Shown here piece by piece: positions 14,450 to 26,521 of a stretch of DNA of 64,000 bases. A program made the position numbers and the translations under genes. Each line of letters starts with the position of its first letter. Positions within the stretch are counted from its first letter, which is position 1. The notes beneath the pieces were generated by a model. It ran no database searches. It was not told where the DNA came from and worked only from the letters and a program-made list of their open reading frames with translations. This DNA comes from Octopus sinensis (Eukaryota): assembly GCF_006345805.1 (NCBI RefSeq), contig NC_042999.1, forward strand, positions 43,338,001 through 43,402,000. The letters run 5' to 3'.

Positions 14450-14540
14450 CACCTCTTTTATATGTTATCATTCTATATCCAGCCAAAGACAGCTTGCTGG
14501 CATGCATTACCCCGCCATCATTACCACTAAAAGGGGGCAT
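14450..14540 (-). CDS. Candidate small coding exon MPPFSGNDGGVMHASKLSLAGYRMITYKRG, host gene unknown
   Basis: Unique, relatively GC-rich island. ATG at 14540; 30 codons plus 1 nt end at the donor GTG|GTAAGT. No homology recognised. Confidence 0.3.
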
Positions 14541-15302
14541 ATTCAGATCAGATACAGCCACAGCCTCTCAATTCCACAGCCACCACAGCCTTGGGCTTCC
14601 CAAGTTAGTGATGTCATCATTTGGTCCTTCCCATCCCTGGCCACCCTTTCTCCCCATGACCATCCAACTTATGCCAGTATAGAAGAAACAAATATCAAAA
14701 TAAATAAATAAATAAAATAAATAGATAGATAAATAAATAAAGGAAAATCAATCTCAACCATAAATCTCTCCACATTTAGACTTATCAATTATAAAAGCTC
14801 CCAATTTAATTAAATTAGCTAATGAAATCTCAAGTAGAGTTCATGAAATGCTTTTAAATGATAGCTCCATGCCTTCATTTTAAACTAAGAAATATTGGAC
14901 AAGTTAAACCAGCTCAAAACATGCTCTAAACCCATTTATGCTTTTCTTAAATGAAAACAAACAGGAGAATAGATAATAAAAAAAAAAATGATTAAAATCA
15001 CTTAACTATTTAAGGTTTACACAATTATACAATTTAGTGGCAAGTTTTGATATCAAATATCCACCAGGCCAGATACAAATGTTTCAAAAATGCAGAGGAT
15101 ATTAAACTAAAATGTGCAAAATTATTTAAAACACATACACTGGTTATTAAAATACTACAAAGGTGTTACTAAACCAATATATAACTTTACAAACTAGATT
15201 ATCTGGAAGGATAAAACATAAACCATAAAAACACTTCTTATGCAGAGATTATTGCAACTTTAACACTTTGGCCTTTGGATTATTCAAGTATAATATTTTT
15301 TT

Positions 15303-15685
15303 ACTCTCTTTACTTGTTTCAGTCATTTGACTGTGGCCATGCTGGAGCACCGCCTTTAGTCAAACAAATCAACCCCAGGACTTATTCTTTGTAAGCCCAG
15401 TACTTATTCTATCGGTCTCTTTTGCCGAACCACTAAGTTATGGAGACGCAAACACACCAGCATCGGTTGTCAAGCGACGTTGGGGGGGGGGACAAACACA
15501 GACACACAAACACACACACATGTATATACATATATACGACGGGCTTCTTTCAGTTTCCGTCTAACAAATCCACTCACAAGGCTTTGGTCGGCCCGAGTCT
15601 ATAGTAGAAGTGCCATGCAGTGAGACTGAACCCGGAATCATGTGGTTGGTAAGCAAGCTACTTACCACACAGCCACACCTGTGCC
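15303..15685 (-). mobile_element. SINE family A, full length
   Basis: Reverse complement of family A from tail to head. Confidence 0.93.
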
Positions 15686-15974
15686 TATTAAAAAATTTTA
15701 AAATAAATAAATATTTTCTTCACATTGTTTTGAATCAATCAGGCAATATTTTGTAGCCTTGAGGTTTCAATAATGGGAAGGTTTAATTTTTGGAATAACA
15801 TTGTAGGGTAGGTGTGAGAAACTAGATCTGGCTAGTTTTAACATAAAACAAGTAGATTATTTAGGCTGGATATGGCTGGGCTAAATGCTTAAGGGTTAAA
15901 ACAGTTCCAATTGTTTCATTTTAGATGTAGCTAAACTAAGAGCGAATGGTAAATATGTGTACATATTTCATAAC

Positions 15975-16570
15975 ATTATTAAAATTTAAAACCCACTTTG
16001 CCATGCTTGCATGAGTCAAACAGAATTTGTTGAGGCAGATTTCCTACAGCCATATGCCCTTCCTGTTTCCAAGCAAGGTAATATTTTGCCATAACCAGAC
16101 ATGTTCTCAAAGAATATTGGAAATGAACATTTTTTGTAGCATTTAATTTATAATGTAAACATACTGCAGAGTAGTTATATGCACATTTAATATAACTAAT
16201 CTGCACTATGTTTAAATTATAAATTAAATGCCCCAAAATGATACCATATATTTTGCTTGTCCATTCTCCATTTCTAATGTATATCTACCTGCTCAATGAT
16301 GAATGGTAAACCAAACTGAGCACTTACAGTACATACTTAAGATGAAAAATTTTATATGTACTGTAAAACTACTTGTATAACAGTATGACGGTAATGCTCA
16401 CAATCAACACATGATGTCAAGATAAGGGCACACACACACACACAGAGTCTCCATTTATCAAATCCATTCCCAAAGCTTTGGTCAGCCCAAGGCCAGAGTA
16501 GGAGACACTTGCCCAAGGTGCCACACGATGTATAGGGAAGCAAGCTTCTTAATAGCAAAGCCACATCTGC
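15975..16570 (-). mobile_element. SINE family D, degraded or interrupted
   Basis: Tail CCACTTTGCCATGCTTGCATGAGTCAAACAGAATTTGTTGAGGCAG at about 15990; head CAAATCCATTCCCAAAGCTTTGGTCAGCCC at about 16460. Confidence 0.7.
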
Positions 16571-17507
16571 ACTTTTATATATACTGACATAGATTCACAC
16601 AACACAAGACACACACAGATACATACAGTGAGAGACAGATAGACAAAGAGGATTGAGCAAAACTAAAGGTCAATGACACAATAACCAAAGTCAAACCAAT
16701 AAGACTGCCTTTACCTTCCACATACCTATACAGTTGTGATTTCCATTCAAGCAACAATTTTTGCCTTGTGTGCAATAGCAAAGCACGTAGCTCTACTTGC
16801 CAGTAATTTTAGGAGGGAGGCTTATAGATTACATCAACCCCAGTACTTGATTGGCAATTTATTTTATCAACTCTGAAAGGATGAAAGGTAAGTGAACCAT
16901 GGCAGATTTGAACTCAGAAATGTAAAGAACTGGAAAAAATGCTACTGAGAATTTTTTATGTAACATGCTTAATAATGATGATTTCTAACAAGCACAGGAC
17001 CACACGTTTTTTGAGCTGGGAGGGGCTGACAGTGGATTCGATCACAATATGTGGCTGTTACATATTTTGTACAATGAGAGATTAAGTTAAATAAACAGTG
17101 AACTGAGACTAAAATAAGTTTGAACTCACAAAATGCAAGATGACGTAATTAAACATAAGGCTAATTAATGTACCACTTTACTAAATCCATTACCAACTGC
17201 CCTTAATAACAAGGTACAGAAATTTATATCAACCCTGGGAAGATCTAAATGAATAAAGTATTTATCATCAAACAGAATTTTCCAATGATGTCCTAAAATT
17301 TAAGTAGACATGAAGCCTTGAGCAAGGAGAATTTGGAATCTTACACGAACAACATCACCAAGAATTTTCTCTCTCTATCTCTCTCTCATACACACACTCA
17401 CTCACACATGCACACAAACATATGTATGCTTCATTAAACACCAACATGCACACTCATATGCAAGACGTATATGCTGACACATCTTCACATACATGTGTGC
17501 GTGCGTG

Positions 17508-17566
<59 letters not shown>

Positions 17567-18117
17567 ATGTTTAAACAGTGAGTAAGAATGGAGAAAGGAA
17601 AAGAAGGACAAGCTAAGCTGTGGTGAACACTCATAGCCATTAGGTGACACAAACAGATCAATAGAGGCAACAGGAAGTGGGGAGGGGCAGAGAAGAATGG
17701 GGGCCTGGTTGCTCATGGGTGGTAGAGGTGGGGGAGGGGAGTAATTGTGACAACCGCTGTGGCAGTGAGATAATAGCAAGGTTATGATGGTGATGCTGAC
17801 AATGCCGGTGTGTTGCTGCTTGTAGCAGTAACAGTGTAGTTTTTGCCAGTGGTGACAGCAACAATACAGGGGTACCAGTGTTGGTAGTGACAACTTAGGG
17901 GTAGTGGCTACAGTACAGTGGTGACAGTTGTAGTGGTCAATGATGGGAGTAACCAGGTAGTGTTGCCAGTGGTGATAGTGACTGTAATAGAGACACTGAA
18001 AGTGCTAGCTACCATGTTGTGATGACAGTGACAATGTTGTAGTGTCCATGGTGATAGTACCAGTGATTGTAGTAACACTGTAGTGTTGCAAAGTGGTGGT
18101 GGTGGTAGAAACAGCAC

Positions 18118-18317
18118 GAAGGCGGCGAGCTGGCAGAAATGTTTCGTCCGCCGCTGCATTCTGAGTTCAAATTGCACTGAGGTCGACTTCACCTTTCATC
18201 CGTTCGGGGTCGATAAATTAAGTACCAGTTACGCACTGGCGTCGATGTAATCGAGTTAATCCATTTGTCCTTGCTTGTCCCCTCTATGTTTAGCCCCTTG
18301 TGGTCAATAAAGAAATA
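18118..18317 (+). mobile_element. SINE family B with 11-bp TSD, inserted in the minisatellite flank
   Basis: TSD AGAAACAGCAC at 18107-18117 and 18318-18328. Head GGCGGCGAGCTGGCAG with an internal deletion before the B box. Confidence 0.93.
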
Positions 18318-18329
18318 AGAAACAGCACA

Positions 18330-19520
18330 GTGTTGCCAATGGTGGTAGAAACAGCATAGCATTGCCAGTGGTGATAAAAACAGCATTGTGCTGCAAGTGG
18401 TGGTAGAAACAGCATTGTGCTGCAAGTGGTGGTAGAAACAGCATACATAGCGTTGCCAGTGGTGGTAGAAACAGCATACATAGCGTTGCCAGTGGTGGTA
18501 GAAACAGCATACATAGTGTTGCCAGTGGTGGTAGAAACAGCATACATAGTGTTGCCAGTGGTGGTAGAAACAGCATACATAGCGTTGCCAGTGGTGGTAG
18601 AAACAGCATACATAGCGTTGCCAGTGGTGGTAGAAACAGCATACATAGCGTTGCCAGTGGTGGTAGAAACAGCATACATAGCATTGCCAGTGGTGGTAGA
18701 AACAGCATACATAGTGTTGCCAGTGGTGGTAGAAACAGCATACATAGTGTTGCCAGTGGTGGTAGAAACAGCATGCATAGTGTTGCCAGTGGTGGCAGAA
18801 ACAGCATACATAGTGTTGCCAGTGGTGGTAGAAACAGCATACATAGTGTTGCCAGTGGTGGTAGAAACAGCATACATAGTGTTGCCAGTGGTGGTAGAAA
18901 CAGCATGCATAGTGTTGCCAGTGGTGGCAGAAACAGCATACATAGTGTTGCCAGTGGTGGTAGAAAAGCATACATAGTGTGCCAGTGGTGGTAGAAACAG
19001 CATACATAGTGTTGCAGTGGTGGTAGAAACAGCATACATAGTGTTGCCAGTGGTGGTAGAAACAGCATACATAGTGTTGCCAGTGGTGGTAGAAACAGCA
19101 TACATAGTGTTGCCAGTGGTGGTAGAAACAGCATGCATAGTGTTGCCAGTGGTGGCAGAAACAGCATACATAGTGTTGCCAGTGGTGGTAGAAACAGCAT
19201 ACATAGCGTTGCCAGTGGTGGTAGAAACAGCATACATAGCATTGCCAGTGGTGGTAGAAACAGCATACATAGTGTTGCCAGTGGTGGTAGAAACAGCATA
19301 CATAGTGTTGCCAGTGGTGGTAGAAACAGCATACATAGTGTTGCCAGTGGTGGTAGAAACAGCATGCATAGTGTTGCCAGTGGTGGCAGAAACAGCATAC
19401 ATAGTGTTGCCAGTGGTGGTAGAAACAGCATACAGGTGCTGCAAGTGGTGGTAAAAGCAGCATAATGTTGCCAATGGTGGTAAAAATAGCATATTATTGC
19501 CAGTGTTGGTAGAAACAGCA
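18330..19520. repeat. 33-bp minisatellite (CCAGTGGTGGTAGAAACAGCATACATAGTGTTG)n with degenerate flanks (about 17780-18110 and 19520-19870)
   Basis: About 30 near-identical head-to-tail units in the core, giving an 11-aa period in the ORF track. Confidence 0.97.
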
Positions 19521-19820
19521 TGGTGCTGTCAGTGGTAGTAGCAATTGTTGTACTGGCAGTAACAGTGTAATGGTGCCAGTGGTGGGTGGTAGCAACAGCA
19601 TTGTCACGTCCGTGGTGTTAGCAGTGTAGTGTTTAGTGTTGCCAGTTGTAGTAGTGACAAGGTAGTGATGTCAGTTTTGGTAACAACAGTGTAGTAAGGC
19701 CAGTGACAGTGTAGAAGTGATAGCCATAGTAGTAGCAGAGATAGTGAGTACAATAGTACTCATCGCTGTAGAGAGAAATAGTGCAGCGGTGTTGGTGGTA
19801 GCAACAACCAGTGCATTGGA

Positions 19821-19854
<34 letters not shown>

Positions 19855-20269
19855 TCATGGCAGCAGTAAAATAAGCTTAAAGCAGTTATCTAGTAATTTC
19901 CATTCTCAGAGCAAGCAACCATTTCTTTAACACACACACAATACAATCACTCATTTGGAACTAACCAATTATCAAATCTTTCCACAAGGAATTTCTTGAA
20001 GTTTTTTTTTTTTTTTTTTGGTTTCCTATTTAGTTTCTATTTTGTTTTATTTGTTCCTCCCCCATTCCTCACCTTACCTATTTCTTTCTCTTTCTCTCTC
20101 TACCCCCATTACACTGCACCTCCCCCCATTAAGTTTTCCAAATGAGCTGTTCGAACAACTATTATCTGAAACATACTGCCTGTAGTGGATCAATAAGTTA
20201 TATTAACATTACCCCCCTTCTTTATTATTGATGTGGAAAAAAGAGGAAAATAAATAATTGGTTTGGATT

Positions 20270-22450
20270 TAGGCACTTGGCCAGCAATATTAAAGGGAGT
20301 AGGAAGGGTTGGTTGATACTACTGACCCCTTGCACTAAAATAGTGCTATATTTTATTGACCCCAAAAGGAAGTAAAGCAAAGCTGACCTTGGCAGGATTT
20401 GAACACAGACTGCAAAAACTCAGAAAAAATTAAGTAAGACCTGGTGCAGCCTTCGGGCTTCCCAGACCCCAGTTGAACCGTCCAACCCATGCTAGCATGG
20501 AAAGCGGACGTTAAACGGTGATGATGATGATGATTTAGTCCAACAGTCAACCAATTCTGACAATCCACTCCTCTCATATAACAATTGGATCTAGTATAGG
20601 CACAAGGCTTGGGTTTTTTTTTTCTTTCTTTTTTTTTAAGTTAGTCTATTAAACTAACCCTAGAATTTTACTGGTATTTAATTTCATTGGCTCCCAAAAA
20701 GCATGATAGGCAAAGGTAACTTCAGCAAGATTTGAACTTGTTTGCTTTTTGCTTGCTTCATGCTGTTGCTTGATGGGGCTGGGGATCATCCCAGGTTAGT
20801 GGTCCCAGAGACGTCATCATGCGTAAAGTCAACCAGGCCTGCCAGTGCTCTCCATTGCTGGCAGTCCCGTGCCGACTCCTCTGCATCTTCTAAAGTGATG
20901 TTGAGTCTCTGGGGATCTTACCCCAACCATGTCCAGACAACAGGTGGGGGTGTGAGAGAGGGACTGCCATGAGGCCTCTTGAACTCAGAATGTAAAAAGT
21001 CAATGTGCTAACAATTTTGACAGCTTGCCATCTTAAAGCCAGAAACTGTGTGTGTGTGTGTGTGCACGTAGCAGGAGGGTTGTATTGTAGATTAGATTGA
21101 CACTGATATTTGATTATTATCATGTTTGCAGAGTTGATAAGCTGATCCAGCAGGGTTTGAACCTAGAACGTAAAACAACAGTTTTAGATAGCTTACAGCA
21201 TTTAGTATGATCTCCTAACATTTCTGCCATTCCAATCATTTATTTCCATTTGGCGCAATGCCCATACATTTTGAGGGAGGAGTACTTCACAAGTACTTAT
21301 TTTATCATCAACCCCAATGGGTATTTGAATTTAAAATGTAATGGAACACAACTAAAGAGCATAAAGCATTTAGTCCACCCACCCATCTACACAAATTTCT
21401 TAAATTAACACAAGGTTATAAGGAAAGTGGTTGTAGTTAAATGAATCAACTGAAGTACATATGTGTTGGTAATTATTCTATCAACTCTTGAGGGACAGAA
21501 GGCTTAGGTGATTCTCGTGGGATCAGAACATGGATGAATAAGATTAAAATCTGGTGTTCTTACATTTCAACTAGTAATTTTTTAACCCTACCAATAGATC
21601 ACAGCTTGATAGAAGAGAGGTGAGTATAAATGGATCAACAGTGGCCTCTACAAGTAGCCCAATTTTGTTGACCCCTAATAAATGCATATTTGATTCTAAG
21701 AAGATTTCAACAGTGAGCACAACAATGAAGCTAAATACTGTAACAATATTTTTTTAGTCCTGTATGATACTATTTCAGATACTTCACTAATAACCTATAA
21801 ATAATATTGATTTCTAACGTTAGTACAAGGCCACACCTTTCAGGAAACAAACAATTAATCAAACCAATCTAGGCATTTTGCTAATACCTTATTTTGACAC
21901 CAGAGGGATAAAAAGCTAACATGACCTCAGTGAGATTTGAACTTAGAATGTAAAGAGCTGTAATTAAATAAAAGCCTTTTGTCTAATGCTTCTGCTAATC
22001 CACTGCCAATAATAATAGAAATTATTATTAGAAACTAACATAAACAAAAATTTGGTAGGAGAGAGGAATCAGTCAACTGTATGGAGCCCTACCTAACAGG
22101 TACATAATTTTATCAACCCCTAAAAGATGAAAAACAAAGGTGATTTTAGTGAGATTTGAACCCAGAGTGTAAAGAACCAAAATAAATAATATAAGGCATT
22201 TTGTCCAATGTTTTAACAATTCTGCCAATCCACCACTCAAATAATAATAGTATTAATAATCTTTATTTTAGGCACAAGGCCTCAAATCTTAGAGAAGGGT
22301 GCTAGGCAATTACATCAACACCAAAAGGATGAAAGATAAGGTCAACCTTGGCAGAACTTCAACTCAGAATGTAAAGACAGACGAAATACTTTGCAGCATT
22401 TCGTCAGGTGTGCTAACAATTCTGCCATCACACACCTTAATGATAATAGC
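20270..22450 (-). mobile_element. Cluster of roughly nine co-oriented degraded SINE-B copies
   Basis: Recurrent ATCAACCCC..AAAGG..GATTTGAAC(T/C)CAGAATGTAAAG..TTCTGCC blocks about every 200 bp, joined by AAT-rich linkers. Confidence 0.75.
20739..20978 (-). mobile_element. RTE-type LINE 3' fragment inserted in a SINE-B remnant
   Basis: Translation VWTWLG*DPQRLNITLEDAEESARDCQQWRALAG resembles RTE ORF ends. (AAGC)n-like tail. TSD TTGAACT at 20732-20738 and 20979-20985. Confidence 0.7.
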
Positions 22451-22636
22451 TTCTAATTCATGTGCATGGTTAGCAATTTTATCAATCCTTATCTCCTGCT
22501 TGCAGGAAGGATAAAAGAAATAGTCCGCCTCCAGAGGATCTCAACACTTAACATAGGAAATTTCAGACCTTGTGTCTATTTTAGAAACTATTATTATTAA
22601 TATTACTAGTATTATTATTATTATTATTATTATTAT

Positions 22637-23160
22637 AGACATTGCTCAGTATATAATATCATGAGGTTGTTGATTGAAGATATTGTGTCTGCTGGGTATT
22701 TGTACTGCTTGTCAAGTCACAACAAGGACCTCAGACAGACGGTACTTTGCGCAATATGCGTGCAGTTCCAAGTAATGCCAACTTTTGCAATACACCTAGA
22801 TTGTAGGGTATTTCTAAAGTTTTCAGATGGGTTTTTTTTTCAGATTGGGTGGTATTGAACCCAATGCTCCAATGGCAATAGGGATAACCTTTATGTTTGA
22901 CTCTTGCAGCTTCCACATCTTAGCGATCTCAATTCTCAGGTCTCCATATTTATCAATCTTTTCTCTTTCATTCATGATGACATGTTGATCTTCTGGCACC
23001 ACCACGTCAATTATTAGGCATTCTTGTTTGTCCCTCTTAAAGGTTACTATATCTGGCCTTCAGTGCTCTAATGCCTTGTCTATCAGGAATTCAAAGTCCC
23101 AAAGGATTTTTGCATTCTGCCTTTCGTCCATTACTTTTTCCAGTGTATGCTGGTGCCATA
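22637..23160 (-). mobile_element. R4/Dong(Rex6)-clade LINE, 5'-truncated, restriction-like endonuclease region
   Basis: Translation KILWDFEFLIDKALEH*RPDIV..ECLIIDVVVPEDQHV..EKIDKYGDLRIEIAKMW..VIPIAIGALG..LQKLALLGTARILRKV. PD..D endonuclease motif. (TAA)n on both sides. Confidence 0.88.
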
Positions 23161-23192
23161 TTATTATTATTATTATTATTATTAACAACAAC

Positions 23193-23861
23193 GAGTGAGA
23201 GAGCAATGCATACCATCAAAGTAACACTGGGGCACACATATAAGAAGCCCAATATACCAGTGCTCCACAACCAGTATGCCGCAGCACACTGGTGTATCAC
23301 AAGATGATACAAGGTGTGCTGCAGTGTAACCTGAATATTATTTTTTCCCCTATACTTTTAGTTATATTTCAGGTTCAGGTGTGCCACCAAATTTTGTGGA
23401 GCAACTGCAATATACTCACCATGACTACCCATCTGGTAAGGGTACAACAAGGACATGCATCAAAACCATATGTGCATGACATTGTGATCTCATATGAAGA
23501 TAAACAGCACATGTCCTTTGCAGGTGGGGTCCAGTTAGAATTTTATTCAGGTCAAGTAGTCCATCCTGCTCAAAAGGTCCCTGAATAGGGTTTGTTTAAA
23601 GATGATGAATGAAACACCCATATTTCCAGAGATGAATTATTCAAGCCCAAAAGCATTCCTCTCAACACATACCATCAGCCACTAAGGGACATGCTCATCT
23701 AGTAATGGTCAAGTGACTGACAAACAAATCTGTGGTACTGAGTAGAGTATTTGCTGTAGCTCATCTTTTATACCAAGACAAAACATATACATGATAACAC
23801 TTCCAACCAGTTAAGGATCAGAAACCATGAGAGCCACTAACTGGTACTGCATCAGGACATT
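23193..23861. mobile_element. Interspersed repeat family E (class uncertain), copy 1
   Basis: Aligns by eye in reverse complement to 35617-36156 over about 500 bp; flanked by ATT repeats. Confidence 0.8.
23258..23407. mobile_element. hAT-type MITE, 150 bp
   Basis: TIRs CAGTGCTCCACAA / TTGTGGAGCAACTG. Perfect 8-bp TSD CAATATAC (23250-23257, 23408-23415). Absent from the second family-E copy. Confidence 0.9.
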
Positions 23862-23884
23862 TATTATCATAATTATTGTTATCA

Positions 23885-24230
23885 TAATTCTGCCAGGGTC
23901 AACTTTGCCTTTCATCCTTTCAAAGTCAATAAAATAAGTACCATCATGTACTGGTGGTCAATGTAATCGACTAGCCCTTCCCCCAAAATTTCAAGCTCTG
24001 TGCCAATATCAGAAAGGGTTATGATCGTCATTATTATTATTATTATTATTTAAGCAACGAGTAGAAAAAACAGGAATGTACCACACTAAATATATACATA
24101 TTATGGTATTTAGCTGCTTCTTTACATTCTGAGTTGAAATCTTGCCAAGCTCAACCTTATCTCCCATCCTTTTGGGTTTGATAAAGCAAATAGCAGCCAT
24201 GCAAGGAGGACAAGCCATTTGACTATATCT
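23885..24230 (+). mobile_element. Two SINE-B remnants
   Basis: GGTCAACTTTGCCTTTCATCCTTT..AAAATAAGTACC and TTCTGAGTTGAAATCTTGCCAAG..CCCATCCTTTTGGG. Confidence 0.75.
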
Positions 24231-25069
24231 TTTGCCCCACAGAGATTTGTAAAGAAATCAGTAAAGAAATAATTAATATCATAGACATGGATTAATGCAC
24301 ACACACACACACATAACCACAAACATACAGAAACACAAAGTCATAAACATACAATCACACACAAACACACACACACACACAAAATTGATTGTAATTTCAG
24401 AAATTTTTGATTAAGTTTATTTAGAAAGATAAAATCAATTGGTATTCCTAATGTGCCAGAGAAATGGGGAGAGAACTGAGATTTAAGAAAACACACAAGA
24501 GAGAGGGAGAGAGGGGGGAGGGAGGGAGGGAGAGAGAGAGCGAAAGGTGACAGACAGACAGAAGAATACAAACAATACACATGAAATATAATTGTCATCA
24601 TTTTACAACCATTTTTTCACACTCGAATGGATTGAGGTGGGTTGCACATCGCACCAAGTACTGTGGTCCTTTGTTGTAGGGCACACACAACAATTAAAAA
24701 AATAATAAATAATAAGTCAACACTTGGTGCATAAATCATTATTCTGCTGTGGTTTAAATGGCTGCAAGCCCTTTCCAACTGATATAATCATCCAGAAATG
24801 AGAGGCACAATGATTGAACTACATTTACTGATCACTTAGTCAGAAGTTCAAACTTTGCTACAGCCATAAAAAGTATTTTGTTTTTAGACATAGTACAATA
24901 TACTTCTCAGATAATCTCACACGTTAACAAGTTACATGTTGACCAATTAACACTTCTGATATTAATCTACCTAACATAATATAAAACCTCTTGGGCTTCA
25001 TAGAGGCAAAGTGGCCAAAGCCAGTGGGCCTCAAGGAGGCAATGACAAATTTGAGCATTGGGCCTCGAG

Positions 25070-25346
25070 GAGGCAATGACGAATTTGTTTGTCTGTCTGT
25101 TGTCTCACAGCATTCACACAGGATGGATTGAGCTGGCTTCATTCATCGTCAATGCTGCATCTCTCACAAACGCCGACTGGACCTGGCGATTTGAGGCAAT
25201 GACAAATTTGTTTGTCTGTCTGTTGTCTCGCAGCATTCACCCAGGATGGGTTGAGCTGGCTTCATTCATCGTCAATGCTGCATCTCTCACAAACGCCGAC
25301 TGGACCTGGCGATTTGAGGCCAACGACCGCGTGATCTCCAACCACT
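25070..25346 (-). mobile_element. Tandem pair of RTE LINE 3' ends (123-bp period)
   Basis: Reverse complement matches 62870-62990 (GTGGTTGGAGATCACGC..GATGAATGAAGCCAG..GGGTGAATGCTG). Units start at 25070 and 25193. Confidence 0.85.
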
Positions 25347-25399
25347 ACTCATTCCAGCATGACCGAGACCTTTGGCATTATCCCATGCTTGAGAAGAAG

Positions 25400-25648
25400 A
25401 CCCATTAAGTGAGGTGAAATCGTAGTCATGGCAGATACTGGTGTCACGCAACTGGCACGCATGCTGATGGCACATAAAAGCACCCATTACACTCTTGGAG
25501 TGGTTGGTGTTAGAAAGGGCATCCAGCCATAGAAACCATGCCAAATCAGACTAGAGTCTGGCACAGCCTTCCAGTTTGCCAGCCATGGTCAAACCATCCG
25601 ACCTATGTCAGTATGGACAACAGACGTTAAATGATGATGATGATGATT
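25400..25648 (+). mobile_element. SINE family C with (GAT)n tail
   Basis: AAAAGCACCCATTACACTC..GGTTGGTGTTAGAAAGGGCATCCAGC..GACGTTAAATGATGATGAT. Confidence 0.88.
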
Positions 25649-25821
25649 CTGCCTCTGGCATGAATGTGTAAAGAAGTTTCATGGTTTCAGGTTCAGTCCC
25701 ACTGAACAGTACCTTCAGCATCCTTAGTTAAAGCAGTGATTTTTGTGACTGAGGGCACTTGAGAGAGAGAGATGAGGGGCTGAAGAGGATCGAAAACCTA
25801 GCAGGTAAATTGCCATGTTAA

Positions 25822-26047
25822 CCCTTTAGCATTCAGATTACTCTTTCAAATGTAATGCTTACTTATTCACTTTGCTCTGAAATGATAACACACCATTTCA
25901 TATGTTTGAGATTTCAATGATGTGATTATTTAATTTTTTAATATGATGTTACAGAGTAGGTGTAAAAGGTCATAATAGGCTACTTTGAACAGAAAACAGG
26001 TAAAATATTTTGGCCAGATGGATGTGGCCGGTTTAAATGCCAAACGG
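25822..26047. mobile_element. piggyBac-type MITE family 1
   Basis: TTAA-CCCTTTAGCATT left end; degenerate AATGCCAAACGG-CTAA right end; same body as 43400-43619. Confidence 0.8.
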
Positions 26048-26269
26048 CTAAACTGTTTAAGCTTATCCAACATCATGGCAAAGAAAGAAGAACTATATGG
26101 ACACAAACACTAATTTGGCTTCTTGTTAACAAATAGAAGAGAAGCAAAAATTCCACTGGTGTTGGTGTAAAGGAAACTGGCATTAATCAGTTAGAGAACC
26201 CAATAAGTTAAAAGATCATCGGAGGTATTTTGCCATTGTAACTAACAGCGAACATATACTATCTATCAT

Positions 26270-26481
26270 CATCATCATCCCCTTTTCTATACTACTTATT
26301 GAAGCAGATTTTCTACAGCCTGATGTCCTTCCTGTTGTCAACCCTCACCTGTTCCTAAGTAAAGTAATACTTCCCCATAGCCAGACACATTCTTGCAGAA
26401 TATTGGAGATGAATGAAACTAGCATGTGAAGTCAAAGAGACACAAACCTACACACACCCACACATGTATATGTATGTGTAT

Positions 26482-26521
<40 letters not shown>

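Noticed and set aside
18330-19520. CRISPR array
   Set aside because: Units are contiguous with no unique spacers, there are no cas genes, and the context is eukaryotic.
18189-19521. 400-424 aa ORFs as mucin or metallothionein-like genes
   Set aside because: All three minus frames are stop-free because of the 33-bp unit, so length and the three compensating deletions are uninformative. The frames run into a SINE, and no splice signals were identified.
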